The position numbers were made by a program, and so were the translations under genes. This document shows positions 9,406-19,949 of a stretch of 64,000 nt of DNA, in pieces. The DNA lies in contig JACCZW010000097.1 in assembly GCA_013695765.1 (NCBI GenBank), positions 402-64,401 on the forward strand, in the 5' to 3' direction. Each line of letters begins with the position of its first letter. Positions within the stretch are counted from its first letter, which is position 1. The DNA comes from Gammaproteobacteria bacterium (GTDB lineage: Bacteria > Pseudomonadota > Gammaproteobacteria > JACCYU01). The notes beneath the pieces are model-generated. The model did not search any database and had not been told where the DNA came from. It saw only the letters and a program-made list of their open reading frames with translations.

Positions 9406-9950
9406 GTGGCGGACTCCTCGATTAGGATGCGATGTTCCGCTGGTGATTAATGGGAATATAAGCTGGAACATGCAGCAAAATTCAAACCACAATGCAGCAA
9501 ACGAGCCAGTTTCTTTTCTAATGGGGGCGTTCGCGGATGTTTAAGCGGACACGATGAAGGTCAAAACCCATCCGTCGGGTGCGGATATCTAACCACAATG
9601 CGAGCATGGAAAGCCGCGGTTGCGGATTATGCCGAGCCGATGCGTTTGATCTCGACACACACGCCGCAAGGCGAGCGCCGGAATCCCGGGATGTTATGTA
9701 GAACCGCACGTGACAGATGTTTCAACCGCGAGACGGTTGCCTGTCGCATATCGACTCCGCGGAGCAGCAACGCTCCAAGGGCTGGTTTCCTGCCTGAGTT
9801 CGGGCTATTTTTTTGAGCGAAGATGACCACCGTGGTCGTCGTCCTCATCGCGGACGGCTGCCGCACTTGTCGGCTAATCTGAGGCCGCGCCTGTTATGCA
9901 CTTTGGGGAAGTCGCGCAAAGCAACGCCTGCGTGTAAGTGTATCGAGCCT

Positions 9951-10523
9951 TTACTTGTCCTTGCTTTTTTTTTCTTCTTCGCCATCTTCTTCTTTCTCGG
10001 GATCAACGTCCGCTGAGTCCTCCCGGGTTTCCTCGGCGTGACGGGTCAGCCACTGGAATAGACCCAGGCCGATTAACGCGAACACCGCCACCGCCAGCAG
10101 CGCGGCGGGATAGAACAGCAGGTAAGGTTCGTCCTTGTTCTGAAACACGATGACCAGCGCCTCCAGGCTCACCGCGATGATGATGATGGTGAAGAACATG
10201 GTCAGCGAGCGGCGCGCTTCGGAAATTCTGGCCAGTTCCCGCTCCTTGACCACCTGTTCTTCGAGCAGAAACTTGGCGACATCGAAGACCGCGAAGGCGA
10301 TGATAATGAGACCGACGCTGTCCAGCAGTTGGGCGAGAAACGGCTTGCCCGCCCATACCTCGCCGGTCATGGCCCAGATCGCCGAGCCGACCATGGCGAG
10401 CGCCAGCAATTGCAGTGCGAAGGCCGCGACGATGTACAGCGCCTTCGATCCCAGATTGAAAATCCGGAGCTCCCACGACAGGGGTTGTTCGTCGTCTTTA
10501 TCCCGCTTTTCGCTCATGGTCAT
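9951..10523 (-). CDS. Four-TM membrane protein, PsiE-like
   Basis: Four hydrophobic segments and a charged tail; directly downstream of the AI-2E gene. Confidence 0.65.
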   Translation of the reverse strand: MTMSEKRDKDDEQPLSWELRIFNLGSKALYIVAAFALQLLALAMVGSAIWAMTGEVWAGKPFLAQLLDSVGLIIIAFAVFDVAKFLLEEQVVKERELARISEARRSLTMFFTIIIIAVSLEALVIVFQNKDEPYLLFYPAALLAVAVFALIGLGLFQWLTRHAEETREDSADVDPEKEEDGEEEKKSKDK

Positions 10524-10529
10524 CTCAGT

Positions 10530-12380
10530 TCATGTGTTGCGATCAATGACCGCGACGCGTTCGTTCATGCGTTGCCGCGCCCACTTGACACCCGCCGCCA
10601 GGTTCGCCAACACCGCGTCGGCGCCGGCCTCGTTAAGCCTTGGGGCTACGCGGGCGGCATACACGGGATTATTCCATACGCCCACCGCAACCCTGGCTTT
10701 CGGAAATTGCTGCTTTAGCCGTTTGCAGAGATACCGCGTGTGCGCAAGCGCCTTCGGCGGCAGGGCGGAGACGCACACCACAGGCTGCTCGCTCTCACCA
10801 ACGCGCTTCACCATCTCGCTCGCCAGACTCTTGATGGACAGGTGCTGAGCACCGATGCCCTGCACCTTCAGCACCTGCGCGAACATGCGCGCCGTCAGTT
10901 CATCGGCCAGATCGCGCGACGGCAGACACATCAGTTCGAAAGCCTGATGATGCGGCTCGATGGCCCTGCCGTTCGCGGCGATGCTGTCCTGCGTGCCGAG
11001 GGCATCGACGATCTCACTCGCGCTCTCGATTATGGATTGCTCCAACTCCGGCTCCAGGTGCCCGTCGTGACGATCGCGCTCCGCCAGTGCGAGGGCCGGA
11101 ATGATGACCTGATCGTAGACGCTCATGAGACCGTCGCCGGAGTGCTCCCGTGCGAGTTGCATGGCGCCCTCGTGATCGCCCGCCAGCAGGCGCTGATAAA
11201 AGCGTTCGGTAGCCGACAAGGCGGGTTCCTTGCCCAGCAGAATGGTAAAAAACTCGAACTGCGGCAGATGCCGGCCTGCGACCACCAGGCACACGGTGAG
11301 CGGAATGGCCAGCAGCAGCCCCACCCCGCCCCAAAGGGAACTCCAGAAGATTACCGCCAGCAGCACCGCCACGGGCGAGAGACCGGTGCTCGCGCCGTAC
11401 AGCCACGGTTCCATAACCATATTGGTGAATGATTCCAGGACGATAAACAGCGCCACCACCGCCGCCGGCAAGATCCAGCCATCGAATACCGCCAGTGACA
11501 ACAGGATGGGCATGGATGCCGCCAGCCAGGGGCCGACGTAAGGGATGAAACGCAGCAACATTCCCAGCAGCCCCCACAGCAGCGCGCCGGGCAAGCCTAT
11601 GATTGCCAGGCCAATCGCAATCGGCACGCCGTAACACGTGTTGATCAGCAGTTGTGTCCGCAGATAGCGGCCAATACGGTCGCCCGCGTCGTTCAGGGCA
11701 CGGGTGGTCACGTCCAGGCGGTCGCGACTCATGAGCCGGATCAGGCGGTCGCGCAAATCCTCGCGCTGCAACAGGAAGAAAATGACCAGCACCACAGCCA
11801 GCCCCAGCCGCGCCAACGGGATCAACGCCGGAGAAACATAGTCCCTGAGAAGTTCGAAGGTCGACGGGGACTCTTCCAGCATCTCGACCAGGACTGGCGC
11901 CCGCGACTGATCGGTTAATGGCTCGTCGCCTTGAAGTCCGCGCGCCCCTTGTGGCTCCGCGACGTCCGGTTCTGCCGCGGATGGTTTCTTTCTAATGTCC
12001 TCCCTAATCGCGAAGAAAGTCTCCGCCGCCCGCTCGAAGACACCACCCTCGCCGCCCTGCAGGCTCAAGAATCGTTGCGTAATATTATCCTGGTATTTGG
12101 GCAGAGATTCCGCAAGGCTGACGACCTGGTTGGACACCATCAGGCCGACTAACCCAAGGATCGAAAAAGCAAAGATGACAGTCGCAATGACGCTGGGTAC
12201 CGGCGGCAGGCGCCAGCGCTCCAGGCGATCGGCCGCCGGCGCGAGCACGAAGCTCAGCAGCACCGCCAGCGCGATCGGGATCAACACGTCCTGCCCCAGA
12301 TAAAGCCCGGCGATGACCATCAGCCCCAGACCGAACCGTATCAGCGGTAGCGCGGCATCGGGCTGTGACTGTTTTGGCAT
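10530..12380 (-). CDS. AI-2E (PerM/UPF0118) family transporter with a C-terminal soluble domain
   Basis: LIPIALAVLLSFVLAP, LRFIPYVGP, EPWLYG..TGLSP and GLLLAIPLTVC; start uncertain (12380 or 12443). Confidence 0.85.
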   Translation of the reverse strand: MPKQSQPDAALPLIRFGLGLMVIAGLYLGQDVLIPIALAVLLSFVLAPAADRLERWRLPPVPSVIATVIFAFSILGLVGLMVSNQVVSLAESLPKYQDNITQRFLSLQGGEGGVFERAAETFFAIREDIRKKPSAAEPDVAEPQGARGLQGDEPLTDQSRAPVLVEMLEESPSTFELLRDYVSPALIPLARLGLAVVLVIFFLLQREDLRDRLIRLMSRDRLDVTTRALNDAGDRIGRYLRTQLLINTCYGVPIAIGLAIIGLPGALLWGLLGMLLRFIPYVGPWLAASMPILLSLAVFDGWILPAAVVALFIVLESFTNMVMEPWLYGASTGLSPVAVLLAVIFWSSLWGGVGLLLAIPLTVCLVVAGRHLPQFEFFTILLGKEPALSATERFYQRLLAGDHEGAMQLAREHSGDGLMSVYDQVIIPALALAERDRHDGHLEPELEQSIIESASEIVDALGTQDSIAANGRAIEPHHQAFELMCLPSRDLADELTARMFAQVLKVQGIGAQHLSIKSLASEMVKRVGESEQPVVCVSALPPKALAHTRYLCKRLKQQFPKARVAVGVWNNPVYAARVAPRLNEAGADAVLANLAAGVKWARQRMNERVAVIDRNT

Positions 12381-12560
12381 GGCGCGCGGCGGATGCGGGT
12401 TCAGCGACGAAGCTGGAACGCCAGACCGCAATGGCGCCAGCAACGCGCGATCGCAAGCGTGGTGACATTACCGCTGGCTGATTCACTACAGCGCCGCGCT
12501 GGCGTTGACCTGTCACCGCGCGCGTAATCTCGACTGGTCTCCGTGTGCGACCCTCGAAAT

Positions 12561-14267
12561 TCAGCCTTCATCGGTGATCGCACCGCGCGAGGCGGAGCTG
12601 ACCTGACGGGCATACTTCGCCAGCACCCCGCGCGAGTATCGCGCCTTAGGTGGTTTCCAGGACGCCAGACGCGCGGCGATTTCCTCTTTCGTAAGCTCCA
12701 GATTGATCTGGCGTTTGTCAGCGTCGATGGTGATCGCATCGCCGTTTTTCACGATCGCGAGAGGACCGCCTTCCGCGGCTTCGGGCGTGATATGGCCGAC
12801 CACGAACCCGTGACTGCCGCCCGAGAAGCGTCCATCGGTAATGAGCGCCACATCTTTGCCCAAACCCTTGCCCATCACCGCAGAGGTCGGCGCCAGCATC
12901 TCGCGCATGCCAGGCCCGCCTCTGGGTCCTTCGTAACGGATGACCAGCACATCGCCCTTGACTACCGTGCCATCGAGTATCCGCTTAAGGGCTTCTTCTT
13001 CCGAGCCGAACACGCGCGCCTTGCCGGTAAACTGCACGCCCTCCTTGCCGGAGATCTTGGCGACCGCACCTTCGGGAGCCAGGTTGCCGTACATAATGAC
13101 CAGATGCCCGGTTTTTTTGATCGGGTCATCGAAGGCGCGCACAATCTCCTGTTTTTTGGGATAAGGCTTTACCTTTTTTAGATTCTGCGCAAGTGTCTTG
13201 CCGGTGACGGTAAGGCATTCGCCATGCAGCAGACCGCGGACAAGCAAATCTTTCATCAACGGCTGGATGCCGCCGATCGCGATCAGCTCCGACATCATGT
13301 AACGTCCGCTGGGCCGCAAATCCGCCAGCACCGGCACCTTTTTGCCGATGCGGGTGAATTCGTCGATCGAGAGCTTGACATCGGCAGCAAACGCCATCGC
13401 CAGCAGGTGCAGCACCGCGTTGGTGGAGCCGCCCAGCGCGGTGATGACCACGATGGCGTTCCTGAACGCCTTTTTGGTCATGATGTCGCGTGGGCGAATA
13501 TTCTTTTGAATTAACGCCATGACCGCGCCGCCAGCCTCGAAGCTGTCGCGAGCCTTTTCCTCCGATAACGCGCGCTGCGCTGAGCTGCCGGGCAGACTCA
13601 TGCCCAGCGCCTCGATCGCCGAGGCCATGGTGTTGGCCGTAAACATGCCGCCGCACGCGCCGGCGCCGGGGATGGCGCAACTTTCCACCGCGTGCAACTG
13701 TCTGGCCGTCATGCCGCCGCCGGCCTGCGCGCCGACAGCCTCGAACACCGATACGATGTCCAGGTTCCTGTCGTCCAGACGGCCAGGGCTAATGGTGCCG
13801 CCGTACACGAACACGGCGGGTCGGTTCAGCCGCGCCAGCGCCATGAGACAGCCCGGCATGTTCTTGTCGCAGCCGCCGATTGCCACCACGCCATCGAAAC
13901 CCTCGCAGGCGGTCACGGTTTCTATCGAATCCGCGATCACTTCGCGCGACACCAGCGAATATTTCATGCCCTCGGTGCCCATTGAAATGCCATCGGAAAT
14001 GGTGATGGTGTTGAAGATGATTGCTTTCGCTTTAGCCGCATCGGCGCCCGCGGCGGCCTCGCGCGCCAGCTTGTCGATGTGCATGTTGCAGGGCGTGACC
14101 ATGCTCCAGGTCGAGGCGATGCCGATCTGCGGCTTGCGGAAATCCTTGTCCTCGAAGCCGACTGCGCGCAGCATGGCGCGGCTGGGCGCGCGCTCGATTC
14201 CATCGACCATTTGCGCGGAAAACGGCCGTGGATTTTTGGTGCTTTTGGAGGCGGTGCGTTTGGCCAT
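12561..14267 (-). CDS. ilvD: Dihydroxy-acid dehydratase
   Basis: [44 protein letters not shown] and TDGRFSGGS. Confidence 0.97.
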   Translation of the reverse strand: MAKRTASKSTKNPRPFSAQMVDGIERAPSRAMLRAVGFEDKDFRKPQIGIASTWSMVTPCNMHIDKLAREAAAGADAAKAKAIIFNTITISDGISMGTEGMKYSLVSREVIADSIETVTACEGFDGVVAIGGCDKNMPGCLMALARLNRPAVFVYGGTISPGRLDDRNLDIVSVFEAVGAQAGGGMTARQLHAVESCAIPGAGACGGMFTANTMASAIEALGMSLPGSSAQRALSEEKARDSFEAGGAVMALIQKNIRPRDIMTKKAFRNAIVVITALGGSTNAVLHLLAMAFAADVKLSIDEFTRIGKKVPVLADLRPSGRYMMSELIAIGGIQPLMKDLLVRGLLHGECLTVTGKTLAQNLKKVKPYPKKQEIVRAFDDPIKKTGHLVIMYGNLAPEGAVAKISGKEGVQFTGKARVFGSEEEALKRILDGTVVKGDVLVIRYEGPRGGPGMREMLAPTSAVMGKGLGKDVALITDGRFSGGSHGFVVGHITPEAAEGGPLAIVKNGDAITIDADKRQINLELTKEEIAARLASWKPPKARYSRGVLAKYARQVSSASRGAITDEG

Positions 14268-14281
14268 TCAAGATCGCCCTG

Positions 14282-15283
14282 TTAATGATATTGCCTGATG
14301 ATATGCGGATGCGCCGCATCGCCGCCGTTCAACCGCGGGCAGTGACTCGGTGACGGCCCGGCAGCGGTGGCAGCCCGCACTTCTTCCAGCGTCGCCCGAA
14401 AATCGGGGTTGCTATCCGAATCCACGGCGACGGCGCGTCTGGCCGCCGTCAGTGCCTGCCTGTCGCAACCAAGCTCGGACAGGCTGATGGCGAGATTGTT
14501 ATGCGCGGCGGCCGAATCCGGCGCCAGGGCGGTAGCAATCGCGAATGCACGCGCCGCGCCGCCCGCATCGTCCAGCGCGTAACGCGCATTACCCAGACCC
14601 ATGCGTATTAAAGCGTTGTGCGGCCAGTGACCGGCCGCCGCCCGATAGGCTTCGCGCGCCGCCCGCGGATGTCCGGTCTCCTCCAGCGCGGCCGCCGCCT
14701 CGAGGTAGCGCAGCGCATTATTGCCGTGCGGCATATGGTCCGGGGGCAACGGCGCAAACGCCCAGTAATCGCCGCGCGCCCAGGTGCGCTCGAAGACGCT
14801 TAAGGCCAGCCGGTAATTTCGACTTGCACCGGAATGCAGAATGAGTTCGCCGGTGTTCAGATCGTAGCCAATGGCGACCGCATAATGCCACCGCAGGTAC
14901 CAGTTGACGCCAAGGTTCTGCAACACCACCACGGGATGTTGCGCCGCAATCTCCGCGAGCAGATGTTGAAGATCGGGCGCCAGCACATAGGCGAGCAGCC
15001 CCTGCCCGCGGGTGGCGGCCAGCATTTCTGCCTGCAGGCTGCCCTGGAGTCCGGGGACGTACACGGCCCGCGCCAGCGCCGACTGCGTAACCTCGACCCC
15101 GTAGTATTTCATGGTCATGGCCAAGGCCGCCGGGCCACAGTAAAACGCCTGCTGCGCAAAGAAAGGGACATCCTCGATGAGAGTTTTTGCGGGCAGGGTA
15201 TCCGGCAGGGATTGCATCAGGCCACGGGTTTGCGAAGGTGCGCAGCCATGTACGAGCAGTGTCACCATCGCGCACAGGAGCAT
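14282..15283 (-). CDS. PA2778-family C39-like cysteine peptidase lipoprotein with TPR tail
   Basis: VPFFAQ..YCGPAALA, VLQNLG..WHYAV and FERTWAR; lipobox-like HGC; start uncertain. Confidence 0.82.
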   Translation of the reverse strand: MLLCAMVTLLVHGCAPSQTRGLMQSLPDTLPAKTLIEDVPFFAQQAFYCGPAALAMTMKYYGVEVTQSALARAVYVPGLQGSLQAEMLAATRGQGLLAYVLAPDLQHLLAEIAAQHPVVVLQNLGVNWYLRWHYAVAIGYDLNTGELILHSGASRNYRLALSVFERTWARGDYWAFAPLPPDHMPHGNNALRYLEAAAALEETGHPRAAREAYRAAAGHWPHNALIRMGLGNARYALDDAGGAARAFAIATALAPDSAAAHNNLAISLSELGCDRQALTAARRAVAVDSDSNPDFRATLEEVRAATAAGPSPSHCPRLNGGDAAHPHIIRQYH

Positions 15284-15317
15284 TGCCGGTGCGGGGCCAT
15301 GGCGACCGCGCCGCGCG

Positions 15318-15698
15318 CTAGAACTGGGTGAAGATATCGGTGATGCCCACCAGTTCGAGAATAACCACTACCAGTCCTGCGATGACCAGCACCTCGATGA
15401 CACCGGCGCCGGCCGGCAGTTTGTCGAAATCCGCCTGCGCCAACTGGCGCACCTCACGATCGGTGAGCGCATCGATGCGCTTTTTCGCTTCTTTCGGCGA
15501 GATGCCATGCTCGGCGAGTAGCACGCGTACTTCTTCACGTTCCACCGCGTTGCTCAGGCGCTCGCGATCCCAATCGGCTGTGGCTTTATTGACCAGGGCT
15601 TGTGTGCCGACCATGTCCGCGTAGGCCGGCATCACCGGTGTGATCATGAGGGCTGAAGTCAGCACGTAGGCCAGAAATCTGCTGAGACGTGAGCGCAT
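15318..15698 (-). CDS. PA2779-family protein
   Basis: Signal peptide, RIDALTDREV..LPAGAG and hydrophobic C-terminus ending GITDIFTQF; usual partner of PA2778. Confidence 0.8.
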   Translation of the reverse strand: MRSRLSRFLAYVLTSALMITPVMPAYADMVGTQALVNKATADWDRERLSNAVEREEVRVLLAEHGISPKEAKKRIDALTDREVRQLAQADFDKLPAGAGVIEVLVIAGLVVVILELVGITDIFTQF

Positions 15699-15879
15699 GA
15701 TTTATTTCTCCTGAAGATTCTGGATGACGCCGCCCGCCGGGCGTTGCCTTGTACGTTTCCAATAGTCATTGACGGTCGATCAAAAAGCAACAGCCCGCCC
15801 GGGATTTGTCTTCCCGCATCGATATTCCCGGAACATCGCGCGCCGACACTATTTAACCCCCGCGTGCACGACTAAGGTG

Positions 15880-16971
15880 TCACGCCCGCCTGAACATGAC
15901 CGGATGCCGCAAGCTTACCTCGATCCCGATCTCGTCGCCGACGCCGTGTCGCTGGTGGCTGGGCGCGAAGCATAGCAACCTTGCGCCGCTCGCGAGCCTC
16001 AGGGTGTAAAGAAATTCGGCGCCACGAAACTGACGGCGCTCGATGCGCGCGCGCAACGGACTGCTGTCGTTGTGCTGGACATCGTGGGGCCGAATCAGCA
16101 CCTCGACCTTGTCGCGCGGGACGTAGGACGCCTCCCGCGGTCCGTCGAGTATTCCCAGTTCCGTCTCTATTCGGTTCAGGCCCAAAAAGCGTCCGGGCAG
16201 CATCACGCCCATGCCGATGAAGTCGGCCGCGAAACGGCTCGCGGGCCGGTGATAAAGATCGTACGCGCTGTCCCATTGTACGATGCGCCCGGCGTGCATC
16301 AGGCCGATGTCGTCGGCGACGGTGAAGGCTTCGAACTGATCGTGCGTCACCAGCAGCGCGGTCACTCCTTCCCGTTTCAGGATCGCGCGAATATCGTCGG
16401 CCAGCTGCTCGCGCAACTCGGCGTCCAGGGTCGAGAACGGTTCGTCGAGCAGCAGCATTTCCGGGCGCGGCGCCATCGCCCGCGCTAGTGCAATGCGCTG
16501 CTGTTGACCACCGGAAATCTGATGCGGAAATTTTTTCGCCTGCTCCGCGAGATCCATCAGGGCCAGCAACTCTTCGACTCGCGCCTGCTGCTCACGGGAC
16601 GATAATTTCCGGATTCCGAAGCGTATATTGTCGTAAACGTTCAGGTGTGGAAACAAGGCGAGATCCTGAAACAGCATGCCGACTCTGCGCTGTTCCGGCG
16701 GCACATGCAGACCGGGCCCGCTCACTGGCGCGCCGTGCAACCGGATGCGTCCGCGGGTCACAGGCTCAAAACCCGCGATCGCGCGCAGCAAGGTAGTCTT
16801 GCCGCAGCCGCTGGGTCCCAGGAGGCAGCCGATATGGCCCTCCGGCAGATCGAAGCTGATGCCTCGGACCACGGGATTACTCTGCAAGGCGACATCGATA
16901 TCGGCGACTTCCAGCCGCATGGCCGCCCGTTGCGGCACGCCGGCGCCGGTTGGCATCGGCGCGTTACGCAT
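15880..16971 (-). CDS. fbpC: Fe(III) ABC transporter ATP-binding protein
   Basis: Walker A GPSGCGKTT, ISGGQQQR signature, LLLDEPF and a TOBE-like tail. Confidence 0.88.
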   Translation of the reverse strand: MRNAPMPTGAGVPQRAAMRLEVADIDVALQSNPVVRGISFDLPEGHIGCLLGPSGCGKTTLLRAIAGFEPVTRGRIRLHGAPVSGPGLHVPPEQRRVGMLFQDLALFPHLNVYDNIRFGIRKLSSREQQARVEELLALMDLAEQAKKFPHQISGGQQQRIALARAMAPRPEMLLLDEPFSTLDAELREQLADDIRAILKREGVTALLVTHDQFEAFTVADDIGLMHAGRIVQWDSAYDLYHRPASRFAADFIGMGVMLPGRFLGLNRIETELGILDGPREASYVPRDKVEVLIRPHDVQHNDSSPLRARIERRQFRGAEFLYTLRLASGARLLCFAPSHQRHGVGDEIGIEVSLRHPVMFRRA

Positions 16972-18661
16972 GGTCACCGGCGCGTGCGCGAGTGATGGAG
17001 CGGCTTAACAATATCACCGGCGCGATGCCGGCCAGCACGATGGTCAGGGCGGCGCTGGCGGAATCGGCCAAGCGTTCGTCGGACGCCAGTTCGAATGCGC
17101 GCACCGCCAGGGTGTTGAAGTCGAACGGCCGCATGACCAGTGTCGCCGGCAGCTCTTTCATGACGTCGACGAACACCAGCAGCAGCGCGGAAAGCAAGGT
17201 GCCGCGCATGATCGGCATGTGGATTTCGCGCAGCACCGCCGCGGGCGCGCGCCCGAGCAAGCGCGCGGCGTCATCCATGGCGGGGTTGATCTTGCTCAAG
17301 CCCGCCTCCACCGCGTGCAGCGACACGGCCAGAAAGCGCACCGAATAAGCGAAGAGCAGGGCGAACAAGGTGCCGCTCAACAGCAATCCGGTGGATAGTC
17401 CGAACGTGCCGCGCAGCCACGCATCCAGCGCGTTGTCCAGGGATGCCAGCGGGATCATCACGCCGATCGCGACCACCACGCCGGGAATGGCGTAACCCAT
17501 GCCCGCCAGGCTTACGGCGAAACGGACCAACGGGCGGGTGCCGCGCATGCGCCGGCCGTAGGCCATCACCAGCGCCAGCAGCAGCACACACACGGCGGCG
17601 GTCGCCGCCAGCCCGATGCTGTTGGCGGCCAGGGTGATGAACTCCGCGTCCACCGTGTGGCCGGCGGTCTGTATCGCCCACGACGTGAGTTGACCCGCCG
17701 GCACCAGAAAGCCGAACAGCAACGGTGTAGCGCACACGGCGAACGCGGCGAGCGCGCCCATGCCCGTCAGTTCGAAGCGCGGCAGCGGCTGGTAGCGCTG
17801 ACTGGTGTGATGAAAACGCGCCTGGCGGCGCGAGCCGCGTTCGAGCATTACCAGCGCGAACACGAACAGCATCAGTATCGCGGCCAGTTGCGCGGCGGCA
17901 GCGCTGTCGCCCAGCCCGAACCAGGTGCGAAAAATGCCGGTGGTAAACGTGTTCACGCCGAAGTACTGCACCGTGCCGTAATCCGCCAGAGTCTCCATCA
18001 GCGCCAGCGACACGCCGGTTATGATGGCCGGACGCGCCATTGGAAGCGCCACGCGCCGGAATGCGGCCCAGGTGCTAAGCCCGAGACTGCGCGCGGTCTC
18101 CAGCGCGCACACTGACTGGTCCAGAAACGCCGCGCGCGCCAGCAGATAGACGTATGGGTACAGCACCAGCGAAAGCATCGTTATGGCGCCGCCCAGCGAG
18201 CGGATCTCGGGAAACCAGTAATCGCCGTATTGCCAGCCCGTTAAGTCGCGCAGCCCTGTCTGCACCGGCCCGGCAAAATCCAGCATCCCCGTGTAGGTGT
18301 AGGCGATGATGTACGCCGGCATCGCCAGCGGCAGCAGCAACGCCCACTCGAATACCGTCCGTCCGGGAAACCGGCAGGTGCTGCACAGCCAGGCCGTGGA
18401 GACACCCAGGCTCAAGGCGCCGACCGCGACCCCCAGCATCAACGCCAGCGAGTTGAGGATATAACCCTTGAGCACCGTGTCGGCCAGATGCGCCCAAATC
18501 GCGCCCGCCGGGTGGAACACGAAGCTCGCAACGGTGAGCAACGGCAGTGCGAGCACCGTGGCAATGGCAAGCACACCCGCGTCCCAGGCGCCCGGCCGCC
18601 CCCAGATCGCGCGGGGGCGGGCCGGGGCGAATGGCAATGTGCCGGCCGGGACGCTGCTCAT
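16964..18661 (-). CDS. fbpB: Fe(III) ABC transporter permease
   Basis: Duplicated permease with LPLAMPAYIIAY, LYPYVYLLARAAF and KELPATLVMRPF. Confidence 0.9.
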   Translation of the reverse strand: MSSVPAGTLPFAPARPRAIWGRPGAWDAGVLAIATVLALPLLTVASFVFHPAGAIWAHLADTVLKGYILNSLALMLGVAVGALSLGVSTAWLCSTCRFPGRTVFEWALLLPLAMPAYIIAYTYTGMLDFAGPVQTGLRDLTGWQYGDYWFPEIRSLGGAITMLSLVLYPYVYLLARAAFLDQSVCALETARSLGLSTWAAFRRVALPMARPAIITGVSLALMETLADYGTVQYFGVNTFTTGIFRTWFGLGDSAAAAQLAAILMLFVFALVMLERGSRRQARFHHTSQRYQPLPRFELTGMGALAAFAVCATPLLFGFLVPAGQLTSWAIQTAGHTVDAEFITLAANSIGLAATAAVCVLLLALVMAYGRRMRGTRPLVRFAVSLAGMGYAIPGVVVAIGVMIPLASLDNALDAWLRGTFGLSTGLLLSGTLFALLFAYSVRFLAVSLHAVEAGLSKINPAMDDAARLLGRAPAAVLREIHMPIMRGTLLSALLLVFVDVMKELPATLVMRPFDFNTLAVRAFELASDERLADSASAALTIVLAGIAPVILLSRSITRARAGDHA

Positions 18662-18712
18662 GGGTTCAGGCTGACAGCTTCACGCCGTGGCGCGGCGTAG
18701 GTGGCTCGCACG

Positions 18713-19735
18713 TTACGGCCAGCCGACTCTATCCATCAGCTTTACGGCCTTCGCGTTGAGCTCGCCCAGCCGAGAAAGGTTCAGGTTATCGGCTTTGAAG
18801 CCGCCCCAGGAGCCCAAGGTTTCACTCGCCGCAACGCCGGCCTTGACGGGATACTCCTGATTGGCCTGCGCGTACCAGCGTTGCGCTTCGTCGCTGACCA
18901 GGAATTCCAGCAGCTTCACGGCGTCTTGCCGGTGCCGGGCAGCTTTGGTCACACCCGCGCCGCTGATGTTGACGTGCGTGCCGCGTCCCTCCTGATTGGG
19001 CCAGAAGATCGCCACTTTGCTGGCCGCTTCCTGCTGGCTGCGATCAGGATCGTTGAGCATCTGGCCGTAGTAATAAGTGTTGGCGATCGCGATATCGCAC
19101 ACCCCCGCCGCCGCGGCCTCGATCTGATCGCGGTCGCCGTCAGTGGGTTTGCGCGCGAAGTTGTTCACCAGTCGTCTGGCCCAGCGTTCGGTGCGTTTCT
19201 TGCCCAGGCTTGCGATCATCGAGGCGACCAGCGACTGGTTGTATATGTTGCTGGACGTGCGGATACAGATCTCCTTGCGCCAGCGTTTATCGGCCAGCGC
19301 CTCGTAAGTGGATAGCTGCGCCGGATCGACTCTTCCCTTCACGTACATCATGGGCCGCGCGCGCATCGACAGGCCGAACCAGTAACCGTCGGTGTCTCGA
19401 TAGTTAACCGGTATCGCGGCATTGAGAATGGCGGACTCAACCGGCTGTAGCAGACCCAGCATTTGGGCGCGATGCAGACGGCCGGCGTCGGTGGTGATCA
19501 GCACGTCGGCGGGTGTATTGCGGCCCTCGCTTGCCAGCCGCTGCAGCAACTCGTCGGCGTCGCCGGTCACCAGATTTACCTCGATGCCGGTCTGCTCGGT
19601 GAAATCGTCCAGCAAGGGCTTGATGAGCTGTTCTTCACGCGCGGAATAGACGCTAACCCCTTCACTGGACGAGTCGCAGCCGACGAGACTAAACATCGTA
19701 CAAAGCGCGATCGCGAGCTTGAGAATGGGTTTCAT
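18713..19735 (-). CDS. fbpA: Fe(III) ABC transporter substrate-binding lipoprotein (FutA/FbpA)
   Basis: VYSARE, NIYNQSL, ANTYYYG (tandem Tyr iron ligands) and GTHVNISG; lipobox LVGC. Confidence 0.92.
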   Translation of the reverse strand: MKPILKLAIALCTMFSLVGCDSSSEGVSVYSAREEQLIKPLLDDFTEQTGIEVNLVTGDADELLQRLASEGRNTPADVLITTDAGRLHRAQMLGLLQPVESAILNAAIPVNYRDTDGYWFGLSMRARPMMYVKGRVDPAQLSTYEALADKRWRKEICIRTSSNIYNQSLVASMIASLGKKRTERWARRLVNNFARKPTDGDRDQIEAAAAGVCDIAIANTYYYGQMLNDPDRSQQEAASKVAIFWPNQEGRGTHVNISGAGVTKAARHRQDAVKLLEFLVSDEAQRWYAQANQEYPVKAGVAASETLGSWGGFKADNLNLSRLGELNAKAVKLMDRVGWP

Positions 19736-19774
19736 AAATGGGGCTCCAATAAATTAGTCGTCGGCGCAGGATAC

Positions 19775-19793
19775 CATAATGAGAAACATTATC
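19775..19793. promoter_or_regulatory. Fur box upstream of fbpA
   Basis: CATAATGAGAAACATTATC matches 16 of 19 positions of the consensus GATAATGATAATCATTATC, about 40 bp upstream of an iron-uptake operon. Confidence 0.85.
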
Positions 19794-19949
19794 ATTGCGA
19801 AGTGGCGGTACAATCGCAAACCCGTCGGCCACGGCCACGGCAAACCGTGGCGGGTTCTGGTACGCTCAAAAGCATGGATCTCCCCCATTGCGATCCATAA
19901 TCTGCCTGGCCCATAAGCTGATTGACCCACACGATTAACGATTAGCGCG

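Noticed and set aside
9558-9600. c-di-GMP-I riboswitch-like start (GGTCAAAACCCATCCG)
   Set aside because: Lacks the GAAA tetraloop and GACGCAAAGC core, and lies on the opposite strand to the neighbouring genes.
9406-9950. 6S RNA (ssrS), which usually precedes ygfA/5-FCL in gammaproteobacteria
   Set aside because: The conserved CCTTGAACC...GGTTCAAG segment and long rod structure were not found on the minus strand.
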